The notes: a model not told the origin generated them from the sequence alone. A DNA stretch of 64,000 nt from Mobula birostris (GCF_030028105.1 NC_092389.1:63508851-63572850), one strand, 5' to 3'. Positions 12,127 to 25,299 are shown, counted from the stretch's first letter. Translations and numbers: made by a program.

Positions 12127-12309
12127 AACCCGGAGTCTTTTGTGTTAGTGGTGGACAGGAGGTTATTAAGCAAACTGTTATAGATTACAGACAATCTGTC
12201 ACATCCTCTCCATGACCAACTGAATAGGCAGCGGAGTCCCCAGCCTCCTTCGAATAGACTCAATCAGCTCAGCTGTCACAAGGATAGTTACAGAAAAACT
12301 CTGGGATCA

Positions 12310-12758
12310 AATGCAACAAGGTCGAAACGCTCGGCAGAGATGGTGCTTGGTGCTCGGTGCTGGGTGTCGGAGGGCTGGTCGGAGGCTCGAAATTTTCGGA
12401 CGGACTCAGAGTCGGCTGCAGTCGGGTGCTTCCAATGCATCGTTAAGTTTGCGGCGCTTGGAGGCAGGGAGAGTTTCTCCCTTCTACCGTCTGCGTGAGA
12501 TGGTGGGGCTATCGGGACTTGAGACTTTTTTTTTTACCGTGCCCATAGTCTGCTCTTTATCAAATTACGGTATTGCTGTGCACTGTTGTAACTATATGTT
12601 ATAATTATGTGGTTTTGTTAGTTTTAGTCTTGGTTTGTCCTATGTTTCTATGATATCTTTCTGGAGGAACATTGTATCATGTTTTAATGCATGCATTTCT
12701 AAATGACAATAAACGAGGACTGGGCGTCCTCATAATCTTATCTAACCCAATCTAATCT
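12310..12758 (+). mobile_element. 5'-truncated copy of the 10414-11092 element
   Basis: Reverse-complement similarity to about 10414-10870, with the same stem-loop and TCTAA tail. Confidence 0.75.
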
Positions 12759-15090
12759 TCTTCACTATCCACAACTGCACCACTCTTGGTGTCATTCAAA
12801 AACGCATCAAACCACCCATCCACATTTTCATCCCGATCATTTAAACAGGAGAGCTCCCAGCACAGATCCTTGCAGAACACCACGAGCTACAGACCGCCAG
12901 CTCGAATAAGTCTCTTCAAACTCTTTATTTATTCAAGATGGACTTTGTTAAATGCTTTAGTAAAATCCATGTACACGACATCATCAGCTCTACCTGCATC
13001 TGTGCCTTTCGTCACTTTGTCAGAAAACTTAATCAAGTTGTGAAGATGGGACCTGCCCCACAGGAAGACTCTCCCTAATTAGGCCCTTGCTTCCAAAAGC
13101 TCATATACCCAATCTCGAGGAAGTTTCGCCGGCTGTTTTTTGTACAACTGACGTGAGATCTACCGGTCTACAGTTCTCTGCATTTTCCCTTGTTCCCTTC
13201 TTACATACAGGTTTAACATTCGCGACTCACCCGTCCTCTGGGTACTCGTCTGTGCCTAGGAAAGATATGACGCTACTGGTCAAGGCCAAAGCTATCTCGT
13301 CTTTTGCTTCACTCAGAATCCTGGGTAAATCCCATCAGACGCCACGATGTAATTTACCTTAATACTCATAAGAAGACCCACTACTTCCTCCTCCTTGACC
13401 TCCAAACTCCATAACATATTTATATACGCAGCACTCTCCACTAGTCCACATTTCGTCCCTTTGGTAAATACTGAAGCAAAGTACTTATTATGTATTTCAG
13501 TCACATTCTCTGGATCTGAGCAAATGTTCCCCTCTTTGTCCTCGAGGGATCCTACCCTCTCCCCCGATAACCTCTTGTCTTGATATATGTATGGATTGCC
13601 TTGGGATTCCCCTTGATTCTGCTTGCCAAGGACTATTCATGGCCCCTCTTGGCTTTTGTAAATTCCTTCTTTAGTTCCTTTCCTGATTCTGTATAACATT
13701 TGATCCACTCCATCTACTCCATTTGATCCTAACTTCCAAAACTTGACGTAATTTTCCTTTTTATTCTTGACTAAATTCTTCACTTCCGTGGGCATCCAAA
13801 TTTCTCTTCTATTTCCATCCCTGCCCTTCGTTCTAACAGGAAGATACATTTCCTGTACTCTGTGCAATCAATCTTTCAACACTCTCCCCATGTCTGATGT
13901 GGATTCACCAGAATAAAAGTTATTTCCGATTAACCCTTCTTAGTTCCTGCCTAATGCCCTCCTAATCTGCCCATCTCCTATTTAAAAATATCTCATCATT
14001 ATCTATAGCTACCTTGAAAGTGAAGGAGTTGTGGTCTCAGTCACCTAGCAGCTCACGCACTGAGTGGGCAGGTTCCTGAATAGACTCATCACCCAACACC
14101 AGGTAGTAGTATAATCCCATTCCTTTGATAGCACACTTCCTGTTCTTCAGTTCTCTTCAAATGGACTCAGGGTCTGAACCCTCCACTGTGTCTCGCCTGT
14201 GCGCAGCTGTGAAATTGTCCCTGATTAGTAGTCCAACTCACACCTCTTTTACCTCCTTCTCTAGTTTTTCAAAATCTTCAAAAACCTGGCGGATTACTCA
14301 CGCGTCCCTGCCCATTTCTCAACCAAGTCTCTGTAATGGACACAACATTACAGTTCCATGTACTGATCCATGTTCTGTGTTCATCACATTCACCCATAAT
14401 ATCCCTGACATTCAAGTACACAACATTCAAACTATATGCCTCATCATACCTGTTAATTTGATTTTTCCTGTCCATTCGTTCACTGATGTCTACCTTCGTG
14501 TTTAATCCTTCACTAACTGACATGGTGTTCCGATTCCCCGCCCCCTACAAAACGAGTTTAAACCCTCCTGAGTAGTATTAGCAAACCTCCCGGCCAGCAT
14601 ACTACTCCCCCTCTAGTTCAGGTAAAACAGGCCCCTCTTCGAAAGGTCACCCCTCGCCCAGAAAAAGGTTCAAATGATCCAAGCTTGGAACCCTGCCCCC
14701 TGCACCATCTCCTCTGTCACTCATTCATTTGTGCCATCATCCTGTTCCTACATGCACAAGCCCATGGCACCGGGAATAATCCAGGAATTGCCGCCTTGGA
14801 GGTCCTTCTCTTCATCCTCTATCCTAACTCTGTATACTCAGTCTGTAGAACTTCTTCCACTTTTTTGACAATGACATTGGTGCTAATATGCACCACGACC
14901 TCTGGCTGTTTACTCTTCCCCTTGAGAATATCCCGCAGCCGCTCTGGTACACCTGGACCCAAACACCCGGGAGGCAACACAGCATCCTGGAGTCTCTTTT
15001 GCGGCCATAATATCTGCTGTTGGTACCCCTAACTCTCAAGTCCCCTATCACTCATGCACTGCCTGACCTTACCCTTCCCTGCCACAGGGG
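12759..15090 (-). mobile_element. Decayed CR1 LINE (RT, endonuclease and ORF1 esterase remnants)
   Basis: NKYFASVFTK, LNVVYLNVRDI...ITETWL, IGDLRVRG...CCLPG. Confidence 0.8.
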
Positions 15091-16559
15091 AACAACCAGG
15101 GTTTCTTCATCTCATTTTGAACTTAAAGGAATTAATGGAATCAGGTGCAGGCAAAGGTTACGAAATGTGTTTGTGCACTCGGTCTGACTGCCACATGGAA
15201 AGTGACCATACCGGTTTTCCTCCAGAGACCAAACCCGAGCTGCATGGTGCATTCGCTGGCCGTGAGTTAGTCCTTAGAGTACATGGGAGACAGGAGGACT
15301 CAGCGGAGTTATCGTGGATAGGGTCAGGGCCAGATATGTCCTGCAGAGACTGAGTTCAAGTTTGGTCGAGGATGAGGAGCAGCTGGAGCCAGTGCCTGAT
15401 TCCGGGAGCAACTTTCAGCGATCCCAGGACCAGTGGAATTGTCAAATTGTGGCTGGGTGGGGATATTTTACTGGAAACGTGATTATACTCACAAATTGCG
15501 GTACTACCATTGTGTCCTGTCCTGGGTCTGGGGAGGAGCTCTGGGTGGAACTGGAATTATACTTTATTTCTGACTGTTCCGGTTTCCTTTCAGTGACCAA
15601 AGGTAAGTTGGATGGTGTGTTCATTGGCCACAAAATGCAGTGCGATGTGTACATGGATGACGGAAGGAAAGAGGCCTCTTTCCTAACTCTATACACTCAA
15701 TATGCAGGATCCCATCTCATTTTTTGACAGTGACATCGGTGACAGTGTGCACCAGGACCTCCGGATTTTCAGTCTTCCCCTTGACAATATTCTGCAGCTG
15801 CACCTAAACGCACTGGACGCTAGCACCCTTGAGGCAACACGCCATCCTCGTGTCTCTTTTGTGGCCGCAGTATCTCCTGCCATTCTCCACTAACCAGTGA
15901 GTAAACTGTCTCTATCTCACTGCCTGACTGTACCCTTCCCTGCCACGGGGGAACCACCAGGACTTCCTCATCTCGTTTTGAAATTCGTAGAATCAGGTAC
16001 AGGTAGAAATGTCCAAAAAGTATTTGTTGACTCAGGCTGACTGTCTCTGAAACTTGCTTAAAAATCTGCTACTCTCTAGATATTGAAGATCACAAAGGTG
16101 AGGCCCAGAGGCTAAATCTTGGCTGGTGTAAGTAGGAGGTGACCGTACCGGTTTCCTTCCAGAGACCAAAGGCGTTCACTGGCTGTAAGATACTGTCATT
16201 TGTGTACATGAGTAACCGAAGAGAAGAGACGATGTGAGACAGGGGACTTACCATGGTCAGGGTCAGGGCCATATCCATGACAGTGATGTCCTTCCCAGTG
16301 AGAGCCCAAGTTCATGGCCATGGTCTGAATTACATTGCAAAGACCCAGGAATCATTCAGAAATCACGTACCACGGGGCTGAATGACAACATTTATCGCAT
16401 TGTTATAAGACTGGCACTATACGATGAATTATTTGCCTCACAATCTGCGACAGAATAATCTTGCACCTTCTGATATACCTTTCTCTGCAGCTGTTATACA
16501 TTGTTCTAACATTTTGTTCTTGTTTCGACTTGTACTACCACAATACAGTGCATTATTTT

Positions 16560-19500
16560 TTGACCCAGTATGCTAATACACCAACAAGAGGGGAGGACTG
16601 ACTCGATCTGATATTCTATGACATTCAAGAGACAATTTTCTGTACGGAAGTTGTTAAACGTTCAGGAACAAGTGATCATAACATTGGAAGTCTCGAAGTA
16701 CTTTGGGGGAGTAAAAACTAAAGCCCTTTGATTGAATTTCACAAACAAAAACTTTGTGCAGATGCGGCAAAGACCTCAGAAGGCAAACTGGAAGAAAGCT
16801 GCTCAAGAATTTGTCAGTCGAGGGACAATGGGATCGATTTAAATAGGTAATACATGTAGTGCAGGAAATGTTCATACCCAAGGTCAGGAGATGCAAAAAT
16901 AAAACAATAGATCAACTACATGGATGAGCAAAGATTTATAAAAATATTGAAGTTAAGACAACTAATTAAGGAATCCAGAAAAAAGAAGTAATACATTCTA
17001 ACCATAGGGCATATGATAATATGAGAGCTATAGTAAAGTGGGAAATTCAGATTGACGAAGACAGGTTGAGAAGGATATTGCTGATAATATTAAGATTGAC
17101 CACAAGAGATTTTGTCAATACTTCAGTCATAAAAGAAATGATAAATAGAAATTTAAGTGCATTAGAAATAACAGTGGGGTGTTAAGTTATGCAGAGAAGG
17201 ACATAACGGATACTCTTAGCTTTTATTTTGCTAAAGTGTTCACCTGCAAAGATGTTAAAAATAAAGTTGCCTAAGCTGATTCAGAGATCTTAGTAAGTAA
17301 GTCCTACTTCAGCTGAAATGGTTGAAAGTTAAGAAATCTCAGTGTCGGATAACATATATCCAAGGGTACTTAAAGAAGTCTATGATTAAAAACACAAAAT
17401 AAGAATTTTTCAAAACTCTGTGAAGATTGATGAAGTCTTTAAGGACTTGAAATGGCCCAAATCTTTCCTCGTATATAAGAGGGGTGACAGCACTGACCCT
17501 TTTAACTACTTACCAGTAAGCTTAACGCGTATCGTGGGTAAGATAAGGGTAACATTAATGAAGACAGAGTTGGAAAACTATCTGACAAGAACAGGGATGC
17601 AGCAAGTGGGAATAAAAGGAACCTTGTCTGGATGACTGCCAGTGACTAGTGGTGTTCCCCAGGGATTGGTGCTGGGACCACTACATTTTGCTGTATATAA
17701 ATGATTCAGATGATGAAATCGATGGATCAGTTGCCAAGTTTGCAGATGATTTGAAGAACGTTGGAGGGGCAGGTAGTGTTGAAGAAACAGGCAGGATGCA
17801 GAAGCGCTTAGATTAGCAGAAAGGGCAAGGAACTGGCAAATTAAATATAATGTTGGAAAATGCACCGTCATGCATTTTGGTGGTGGTGATAAATGTGCAG
17901 ACTATTTTCGAAAAGGGGAGAAAATTTAAAAATCTGAGAGGCAAAGGGACTTTGGAGCCATTGTGCGCGGCACCCTAAATGTTAATTTGGAGATTGAGTT
18001 GGTGGTGAAGGTAGACAAATGCAATGTTAGCATTCATTTCAGAGGTGGAGAATACTGGAGCAGGGATGTGATGCTGAGAACTCACCTTGAGTATTGTGTA
18101 TAGTTTTGTGCTCCTCGTCTCAGAAACGATGTGCTGGCATTGGAGAGGGTCCAGAGGAGGTTCACAAGGATGATTCCAGGAATGAAAGGGTTATCATACG
18201 AAGAACACTTGATGACTCTAGGTCTGTACTCACTGGAATTTAGAAGGAGAGAGACGTTCTCATTGAAACCTTTCGAGTGTTGAAAGGCAGAGACAGAGTG
18301 GACGTGGAAAGGATGTTTCCCATGGTGGGAGAGTCCTAGACAAGAGGGCACAGACTCAGGATAGAGGGGAGTCAATGCAAAACAGAGATGTGGAAATGTT
18401 TCCTTAGCCAGAGGGTGGTGAATTTGTGGAATTTCTTTCAAGTGCAGCTGTGGAGTCCAGGTCGTTGGGTGTATCTAAGGCAGAGATTGATAGGTTCTCG
18501 ATTGGCCACGGCATCAAAGCTGATGGGGAAACGACCTGGAAATGGGATTGAACAGGCGAAAGAAAGGATGAGTCAGCATTGAATGTTGGAGCAGACTCGA
18601 TGGGCCAAATGGCCTAGTTATGCTCCTATGTCTTATATTGTTATGGTCTTCTGTTGGCAGAAAGGCAGCATGGGGTCAGAAAGGGTAAATAATGTTTGGC
18701 CAATATATTGTAGGTCTATGAAGAGGGAACTAAAAACTATGATAACAATAAAGAGGTGATATCATTTACTTGGGCTTCAGAAGGATTTTGGAAAGGTACC
18801 CGAGAAGCGGTTAATATTCAAATTACAGGAGGTAGCAATTCAGGGTATGGGATGTCAATGTGTGTAGAATTGGCTTAAAAGCAGAAAGGAAAGAGTTATG
18901 GAGAGAGGATTATTTTCACTCCCGGAGGATGTTAAAAGTGGGGTTCCGCAAGAATCAGTTTTGGATAAGCACAGAACTAGTAAACTCGTTACGTTTGCAG
19001 ATGACGCAAAATTAGAGAGATGGGCTAATAATATTCAAGCAGCAGAATCAATGCAGATAGATCTAAACAAAATCCTCATGTGGGCAGATAAATGACGGGT
19101 GAAATGTAATGTAAGTAAATGTAAAATACTACATTTAGGAAGTAGAAGCATTAGATATAAATATACAATGGGAGTCTTGAGTAAGAGAGTGCATTGTATG
19201 GAAAGGATTTGAGTCTCCTGCAAGACATCACGATCAACATCTAGGCAATGCACTGAAGCAATTCGGAAGGCTGATATAATGTCGGGCTATATAATGCGCT
19301 CAGAGGAGTTCAGAGCTAGGAACGTCTCCTTAAGCTGTTTCATGCATTTGTGAGGCCACGACTTGAGAACTGTGTACACTTCTGATCTCTATATTTAGTA
19401 AGGGATGTGAAGGCACTGGAAAGAGATCAGAGAAGGGTGACGACCCTCATTGCAGGACTGCAGGGTGTGAGCTATGCAGAAAGATTGAGAGAATTAAATC

Positions 19501-19590
19501 TGTTTGGCCTAAGTTGACAGATAATCAGAGCAGATATGGTGGAAGTGTTCAGAATCATTAAGGGTAGAGGTGAGTAGGATGCCAACTGCT
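16560..19590 (+). mobile_element. Old CR1 ORF2 interrupted by a younger CR1 3' half (about 17600-18650)
   Basis: NYLPVSLTRIVGK, SGVPQESVL and TFADDAKL; the host sequence resumes after the inner copy's tail. Confidence 0.8.
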
Positions 19591-19636
19591 AATTCAAAAT
19601 TAATCCATCAGTTTGCCAATCGGCTTCTTCCCCCCA

Positions 19637-19638
<2 letters not shown>

Positions 19639-19697
<59 letters not shown>

Positions 19698-20052
19698 CCC
19701 TCTCTCCCCCTCCCTCTCTCCTTCCCCCTCCCTCGACACCCCCTCCCTCTCTCCCTCCCCCTCCCTCGACATCCCTCCCTCTCTCCACCTCCCTCTCTCC
19801 CCCCCTCCCTCGACACCCCCTCCCTCTCTCCCTCCCCCTCCCTCGACACCCCCTCCCTCTTTCCTCCTCCCTCTCTCTCTCCCCCATCCTCCTCCCTGTT
19901 CCCTCCCTCTCTTCCCCTCCCCTCTCACTCCATCTTCCCCTCTCACTCTCTCTCTCCCTTTCTCTTCCTCTCCCTCTCCCTCTTCTCTCTTCCCTTTGTC
20001 TTCCCCTCTCTCTCCCTCTCTTGCCTCCCTCTCTCTCTCTCCCCTCTCTCCT
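19639..20052. repeat. (CT)n microsatellite and polypyrimidine low-complexity tract
   Basis: Direct reading. Confidence 0.95.
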
Positions 20053-20560
20053 GACAATTTACCTCACGCTTGTCTTTCTCTCGTTCATTTCCAGCCGACA
20101 TGCATCGGTTCATCTGCCAATTTCCAGTATCATTTTTTTGGATAATTTAACAGCCTGCCCATTCCTTTACAGACTGAAATATTTATTCTCGATTTCTTTT
20201 GACCTTTCACAGATTTGAGATACCCATTAAAGACTGTTACATTAGCAACGTGCCACACAAAATGCTGGAGGAACTCAGCAGAGTTCCTAGTGTTACCCTG
20301 GATTGCCAACATCTTCAGATGTTCGCGTGTTTGTACACTAGCAACGTGCTCAGTTTTCCGTTTCCATCCTGATCTCGGTCTCTCTATTGTATCTTTGTTC
20401 AAATCTGTGTTTGTGTATTTCCAATTGTGTTGACTTCATTACTTACATCCTTCATATATATGAAAAGTAAAAATATTTACGTTATGTCTCTGTCTAAATG
20501 TGCAATGTGCAATTTATAGTAACTTACAATAAAAAGAATGTACAACAAAACTCACTGTAA

Positions 20561-21402
20561 NNNNNNNNNNNNNNNNNNNNNNNNNNNNNNNNNNNNNNNN
20601 NNNNNNNNNNNNNNNNNNNNNNNNNNNNNNNNNNNNNNNNNNNNNNNNNNNNNNNNNNNNNNNNNNNNNNNNNNNNNNNNNNNNNNNNNNNNNNNNNNNN
20701 NNNNNNNNNNNNNNNNNNNNNNNNNNNNNNNNNNNNNNNNNNNNNNNNNNNNNNNNNNNNNNNNNNNNNNNNNNNNNNNNNNNNNNNNNNNNNNNNNNNN
20801 NNNNNNNNNNNNNNNNNNNNNNNNNNNNNNNNNNNNNNNNNNNNNNNNNNNNNNNNNNNNNNNNNNNNNNNNNNNNNNNNNNNNNNNNNNNNNNNNNNNN
20901 NNNNNNNNNNNNNNNNNNNNNNNNNNNNNNNNNNNNNNNNNNNNNNNNNNNNNNNNNNNNNNNNNNNNNNNNNNNNNNNNNNNNNNNNNNNNNNNNNNNN
21001 NNNNNNNNNNNNNNNNNNNNNNNNNNNNNNNNNNNNNNNNNNNNNNNNNNNNNNNNNNNNNNNNNNNNNNNNNNNNNNNNNNNNNNNNNNNNNNNNNNNN
21101 NNNNNNNNNNNNNNNNNNNNNNNNNNNNNNNNNNNNNNNNNNNNNNNNNNNNNNNNNNNNNNNNNNNNNNNNNNNNNNNNNNNNNNNNNNNNNNNNNNNN
21201 NNNNNNNNNNNNNNNNNNNNNNNNNNNNNNNNNNNNNNNNNNNNNNNNNNNNNNNNNNNNNNNNNNNNNNNNNNNNNNNNNNNNNNNNNNNNNNNNNNNN
21301 NNNNNNNNNNNNNNNNNNNNNNNNNNNNNNNNNNNNNNNNNNNNNNNNNNNNNNNNNNNNNNNNNNNNNNNNNNNNNNNNNNNNNNNNNNNNNNNNNNNN
21401 NN
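20561..21402. other. Assembly gap
   Basis: Run of N. Confidence 1.
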
Positions 21403-21739
21403 GACTGAAGGACGGTTCAAAATGGGAAACTGCAGGGACAGAGGTAGGGATCGGTCAGTGTCGCTGGTCTCCGCTCAGAGATGAATAATTAGCCAACAAA
21501 AAGATGAAATCTGTACGTGTAGCTGCTTCGTGACAAAGCTCAGTCTTTGAAAGTAAATCTACCGGCCAAATTCCACCAGAGACGCTGCTGAGAAAACGCC
21601 AAAGAATTTTGAACTAATTGCCTCCATTCGCCCCAATAGATACAAAATAGTCAATGGTATTGAATAAAAGTGTTTGTTCAAGCAACTGTAACTAAAGTTA
21701 GTGAGGTGTATAACCGTGTCTCTGGAGACAGATCCTCTC

Positions 21740-21745
21740 TATAAA
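21740..21745 (+). promoter_or_regulatory. TATA box of GPCR paralog A
   Basis: TATAAA 85 bp upstream of the ATG; conserved in paralog B (29476-29481). Confidence 0.6.
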
Positions 21746-21824
21746 TCAGGGCCACTTGGAATGCATCAGCTGTCTGCCGGAGCTGTGAATGCAGGAGCAA
21801 CAGAAATCACAGATTCACACTGAA

Positions 21825-21894
21825 ATGATGTATCCGATCATCTGGCGGATAGAAGACATTTACTATCCTTTTATTTCTGCCTTTGGAATTCCCG
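21825..21894 (+). CDS. GPR139-like GPCR paralog A, exon 1
   Basis: MMYPIIWRIEDIYYPFISAFGIP, then a phase-1 donor G|GTAAGC. Confidence 0.85.
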
Positions 21895-23268
21895 GTAAGC
21901 CGCGGTGTCAGCTGCCGTGGGTGGATGTTGAAGTTCAATCCCAGTGATATTGATTGATTCTACCGCTGGTTTAAACTCTCACATTCCTGTCCTGGTATTT
22001 CGCATTTCAGGAGCGGGGTTGAAACACCGGGGCTATAGATGCTGGGATTTGGATCTAAAAACAAACCGCTGCAGGAATTCAGCGAATCAGCCAGTTTCTG
22101 TGGGACTGAGCGGGTCAGGCAGCGTTCCTCCAGCGGTTTGTGATTAATAATGGGATGTTCGGCTCTCTGCTTTTGGTCTTGTCGAAGCTGCACTTCACTT
22201 GCAGATATTGTGTTTATACAGCCCGCGGAGCTTATGCCAATTGATCGTCTGCATTTGAATGTGAGTGATTGTCTACTTAGGAGCACCAATCAATCCATCG
22301 ACTGCAGTAACACTTTAGCAACTGTGAGGAGTTCCGGGTTGTAACACGAAACTGTCGTGGATTTTTAGTAAATGTCTGCGATATGACTGAATATAAAGCA
22401 GGTGATGGACAGCACAATGAAGTCGATGCTGAGTCAATTAACACACCCGCCGTGGCGCCTCATAGTTATCAATACTGTGAAATGTTTTATAATATATCTA
22501 CATCTGACACTGTTACAGACATCTGACTGCGGCAGCGAGTTTGAATTCCTCTCCCCGCTTCCCTGTGCCGGATTCAGTGGGAGGCGTCATGTCTGTCTGT
22601 GAGGTTGTGTCAGGCTGCGCTGCATCTGTTGGAATTAGTCAATGTTCTGTTGTAAAGTCAGTGAGGTTCCGGAATAGGAAGCAAACTCGGGAATGCTGGA
22701 AACACGGAGTCCCAAGCAGCTTGTATGGGAAGAGAAACCGGTTAACACTTGTGTCAGGGGTCTCTCGGAGAACAGTTCTGAAAGAGAGATACTTTAACTA
22801 ATTTCCACATATTTTGTTTCGTCTGGATGAGTGTTTCCAGCATTTCCTGTTTTTATTCCGTCTTTCGGCTGTTCTGTCGCTGACAGGGATCTCCATGGAA
22901 GTTGTTGATTGTCTAATGGAAGAATCCCGCCATCAGCGTCCGGATTTATTCATTTCAGCCAGACGAGACGCGGAAGGTGCCGGTAGAAATTGTTCCATCA
23001 AGTATTGGCCCTGAGGAGATAGTTACCCAGATTTAGCTCTCCGCTGTCACTTCACATTGAGGAAATCAGTGAGGGAACCGTATTCAGACCATATTGACTT
23101 TATTTTACTGTGTAAACTCCTTCTCTGTCCCGCCAGTTCTGCGCCCTCTCTCGACGCTCCCGCCGATAAATGTAACAATAAAGTGGAAATATCACAGGAT
23201 CCCCTCAAACTGCCGCATTGGCTTCTGCTCAGTATTTTCTCAACTTGCTGTTCCCGTCTCTCTTCCAG

Positions 23269-24038
23269 CGAACTTGGTGGCGATTGTGATCCTCTCCCGG
23301 GGAAAGTGCGGTCTCTCCAAATGTGTCAGTCGCTACCTGGTGGGAATGGCAGCGGCCGATCTCCTGGTCGTTATCTCCGATCCGCTGCTGAACTGGACTG
23401 CTCTGATTTATTTTCCCCGATCATTCCTGCTCATTACTCCTGTGTGCAGACTCGATCAATGGTTGATTTCTGCGAGCACTGCGGCCTCAGTCTGGCTGAC
23501 TGTCGCTTTCACCGTCGATCGATTGGTGGCGATTTGTTGTGAGAAACTGAAAACAAGATATTGCACCGAGAGAACGGCGGCTGTGGTTGTCGGGACAGTG
23601 AGTGTGCTGGCCTGTTTGGAGACTGTCCCCTCCGGCTTTGTATTTGGGCCTCGAGAAATAATTAATGGTGTTCCCTGCAATTGTGTTTATACACCGAGCT
23701 TCACAAATTCTCCCTCATGGGCGGAATGTGATATGTTTCATCTCATTTTAACCCCTTGTCTCCCATTCTTTCTGATTTTACTGTTCAATATTCTGACTGT
23801 CAGGCGGATTCTAGCGGCCAGTCGAGCCCGCAGGGGGCTCCGGGGACAAAAGAGTGGAGAGAATGACAAGGACCGGGAGATGGAGAACCGACGCAAATCC
23901 ATCGTTTTGCTCTTCAGCATAACCGGTAGTTTCATACTGTTGTGGGGAACACGGGTGATATTTTCTGTCTATAAACGGATTTCAATGGCTTTTTTTTGGC
24001 TAAACCGGATTTTTAAATTCATAAAACATGAAAAATAA
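23269..24038 (+). CDS. GPR139-like GPCR paralog A, exon 2 (about 279 aa spliced; TM7 and helix 8 deleted; possibly a pseudogene)
   Basis: Acceptor tctcttcCAG|CG. Motifs ANLVAIVILSRG, MAAADLL, SVWLTVAFTVDRL and SFILLW. A net 46 codons are missing relative to paralog B. Confidence 0.85.
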
Positions 24039-24134
24039 ATACTGTAAAGTATTACAATTCAGCTGCCTTCATGCTCCCTATTCTCTCCCCCCAGTTGTGT
24101 GTAAATGCAAACAATGCGATGAACAGAGTAACAG

Positions 24135-24380
24135 AACAAACACGAGAGATTCTGTATTCGCTCGAAATACAAAGCAACACGCACAAAATCAGATCCTGGT
24201 GAAGGGTCTCGCCACGAAACGTCGACTGTTTACTCTGTTCCTCACACAGAAAGCTGGAGGAACTCAGCAGGCCAGGCAGCAGCGATGGAGAAGAGTAGAA
24301 TGTCAACTTCTTTATGACGAATCCGCTGATCAGAGTCCTGTTAACTGTTTACTATTTTCCATCTTGTGTGTTGCTTTAGA
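24135..24380. mobile_element. Rearranged Penelope-like repeat cluster with a core-mutated hammerhead
   Basis: CTGGTGA...GAAACGTC at 24196-24223, followed by an inverted copy. Confidence 0.65.
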
Positions 24381-24639
24381 GTGAAATAAAGCTGTTTACT
24401 GCTGATCACTGGCCTCACCAGAGAAATCTCTTTTGCGCCTCACGTCCCGTCCTGTTAAATTGAGGCTTGGGGCGAATCTGCTGCCCGGTTCTGACAAAAC
24501 CGCCTGATCGTGGAGTATATTTTCGTCTCTATCAACCACTCCTGCTCCCATTATAACATTTCCATTCCTGCACCCTGTTATTTTCCTGTTTTACAATTGA
24601 AGACAAAGTCCCGTCACCGTCACTTGTCTCTCTGTGGGA

Positions 24640-24898
24640 GATAGAGAGATGGAGAAAGTGAGCGCGAGCAGGAGGGAGCGCGTGGACTGAGGGCGCGGAC
24701 GCGAGAGAGAATGAGACATCGCGAGGAAAGGGCGCGCGGGAGAGCGCGTGAGGGAGAGTGCGCGAGGGAGAGCGCGCGGGGGAGAGCGCGCGGGGGAGAG
24801 GGCGCGAAGGAGAGCACGTGAGGGACAGGGCGCGAGGAAGATGTGGTGAGAGTGAGCGCGAGGGAATGGGCGTGTGAGAGAGGCAGAGGAAATAGAAT

Positions 24899-24930
<32 letters not shown>

Positions 24931-24970
24931 AGAGAGGGAGAGAGAGAGGGGGGAGAGAGGGAGAGAGAGA
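24640..24970. repeat. GC/purine-rich imperfect repeats and (GA)n
   Basis: Direct reading; paralogous to about 32170-32385. Confidence 0.85.
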
Positions 24971-25299
24971 TGGAAAACAAAGGTGTGACATTCATTGCCG
25001 GATTTGTGGTTCCGCTCTATCACTGCGATTGGCTTCTTCAGAGGATGATAAGCATTATTTTTAATTATATACAGCTACTACTTTAGACATTAGTTATTTT
25101 GTTAGTTCTAAAATTTAAAATCCGACGTGTTTTAACAAATTGCGTGGTTTCAATACGTGTGGAGTCTCCTTTGTTTGCGAATGCATAAGAGAATTGCCTG
25201 AGCTGAATCAAAGAAGAATACAATGAATGAATTTTCAAACAATGTTCATTACAAACGGGTTATTAGAAAGCACATAAAGCACAGGATGGAAATCTATGA

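Larger units (their letters stand above)
11096..12300 (+). mobile_element. Rex1/Babar-type LINE RT fragment (decayed)
   Basis: AFNIIQ, YLTDRPQFVRLG, GAPQGTVPSPFLF, QKFSDDSAV, YKYLGVHLD, KLYFLRK. Confidence 0.85.

Noticed and set aside
19570-20218. Long Pro/Ser- or Glu/Arg-rich ORFs
   Set aside because: Artefacts of (CT)n and low-complexity DNA; the same applies at 24532-25064.
20524-21488. ORFs spanning N runs (also near 28.7, 32.3 and 56.5-57.4 kb)
   Set aside because: They are open only because of gaps or repeats.
23094-23268. ORF-track N-terminal extensions of the GPCRs (MTLFYC..., MASAQY... at 30875)
   Set aside because: They are intronic. They use non-ATG starts, are not conserved between paralogs, and canonical acceptors plus upstream exon 1s supply the rest of TM1.
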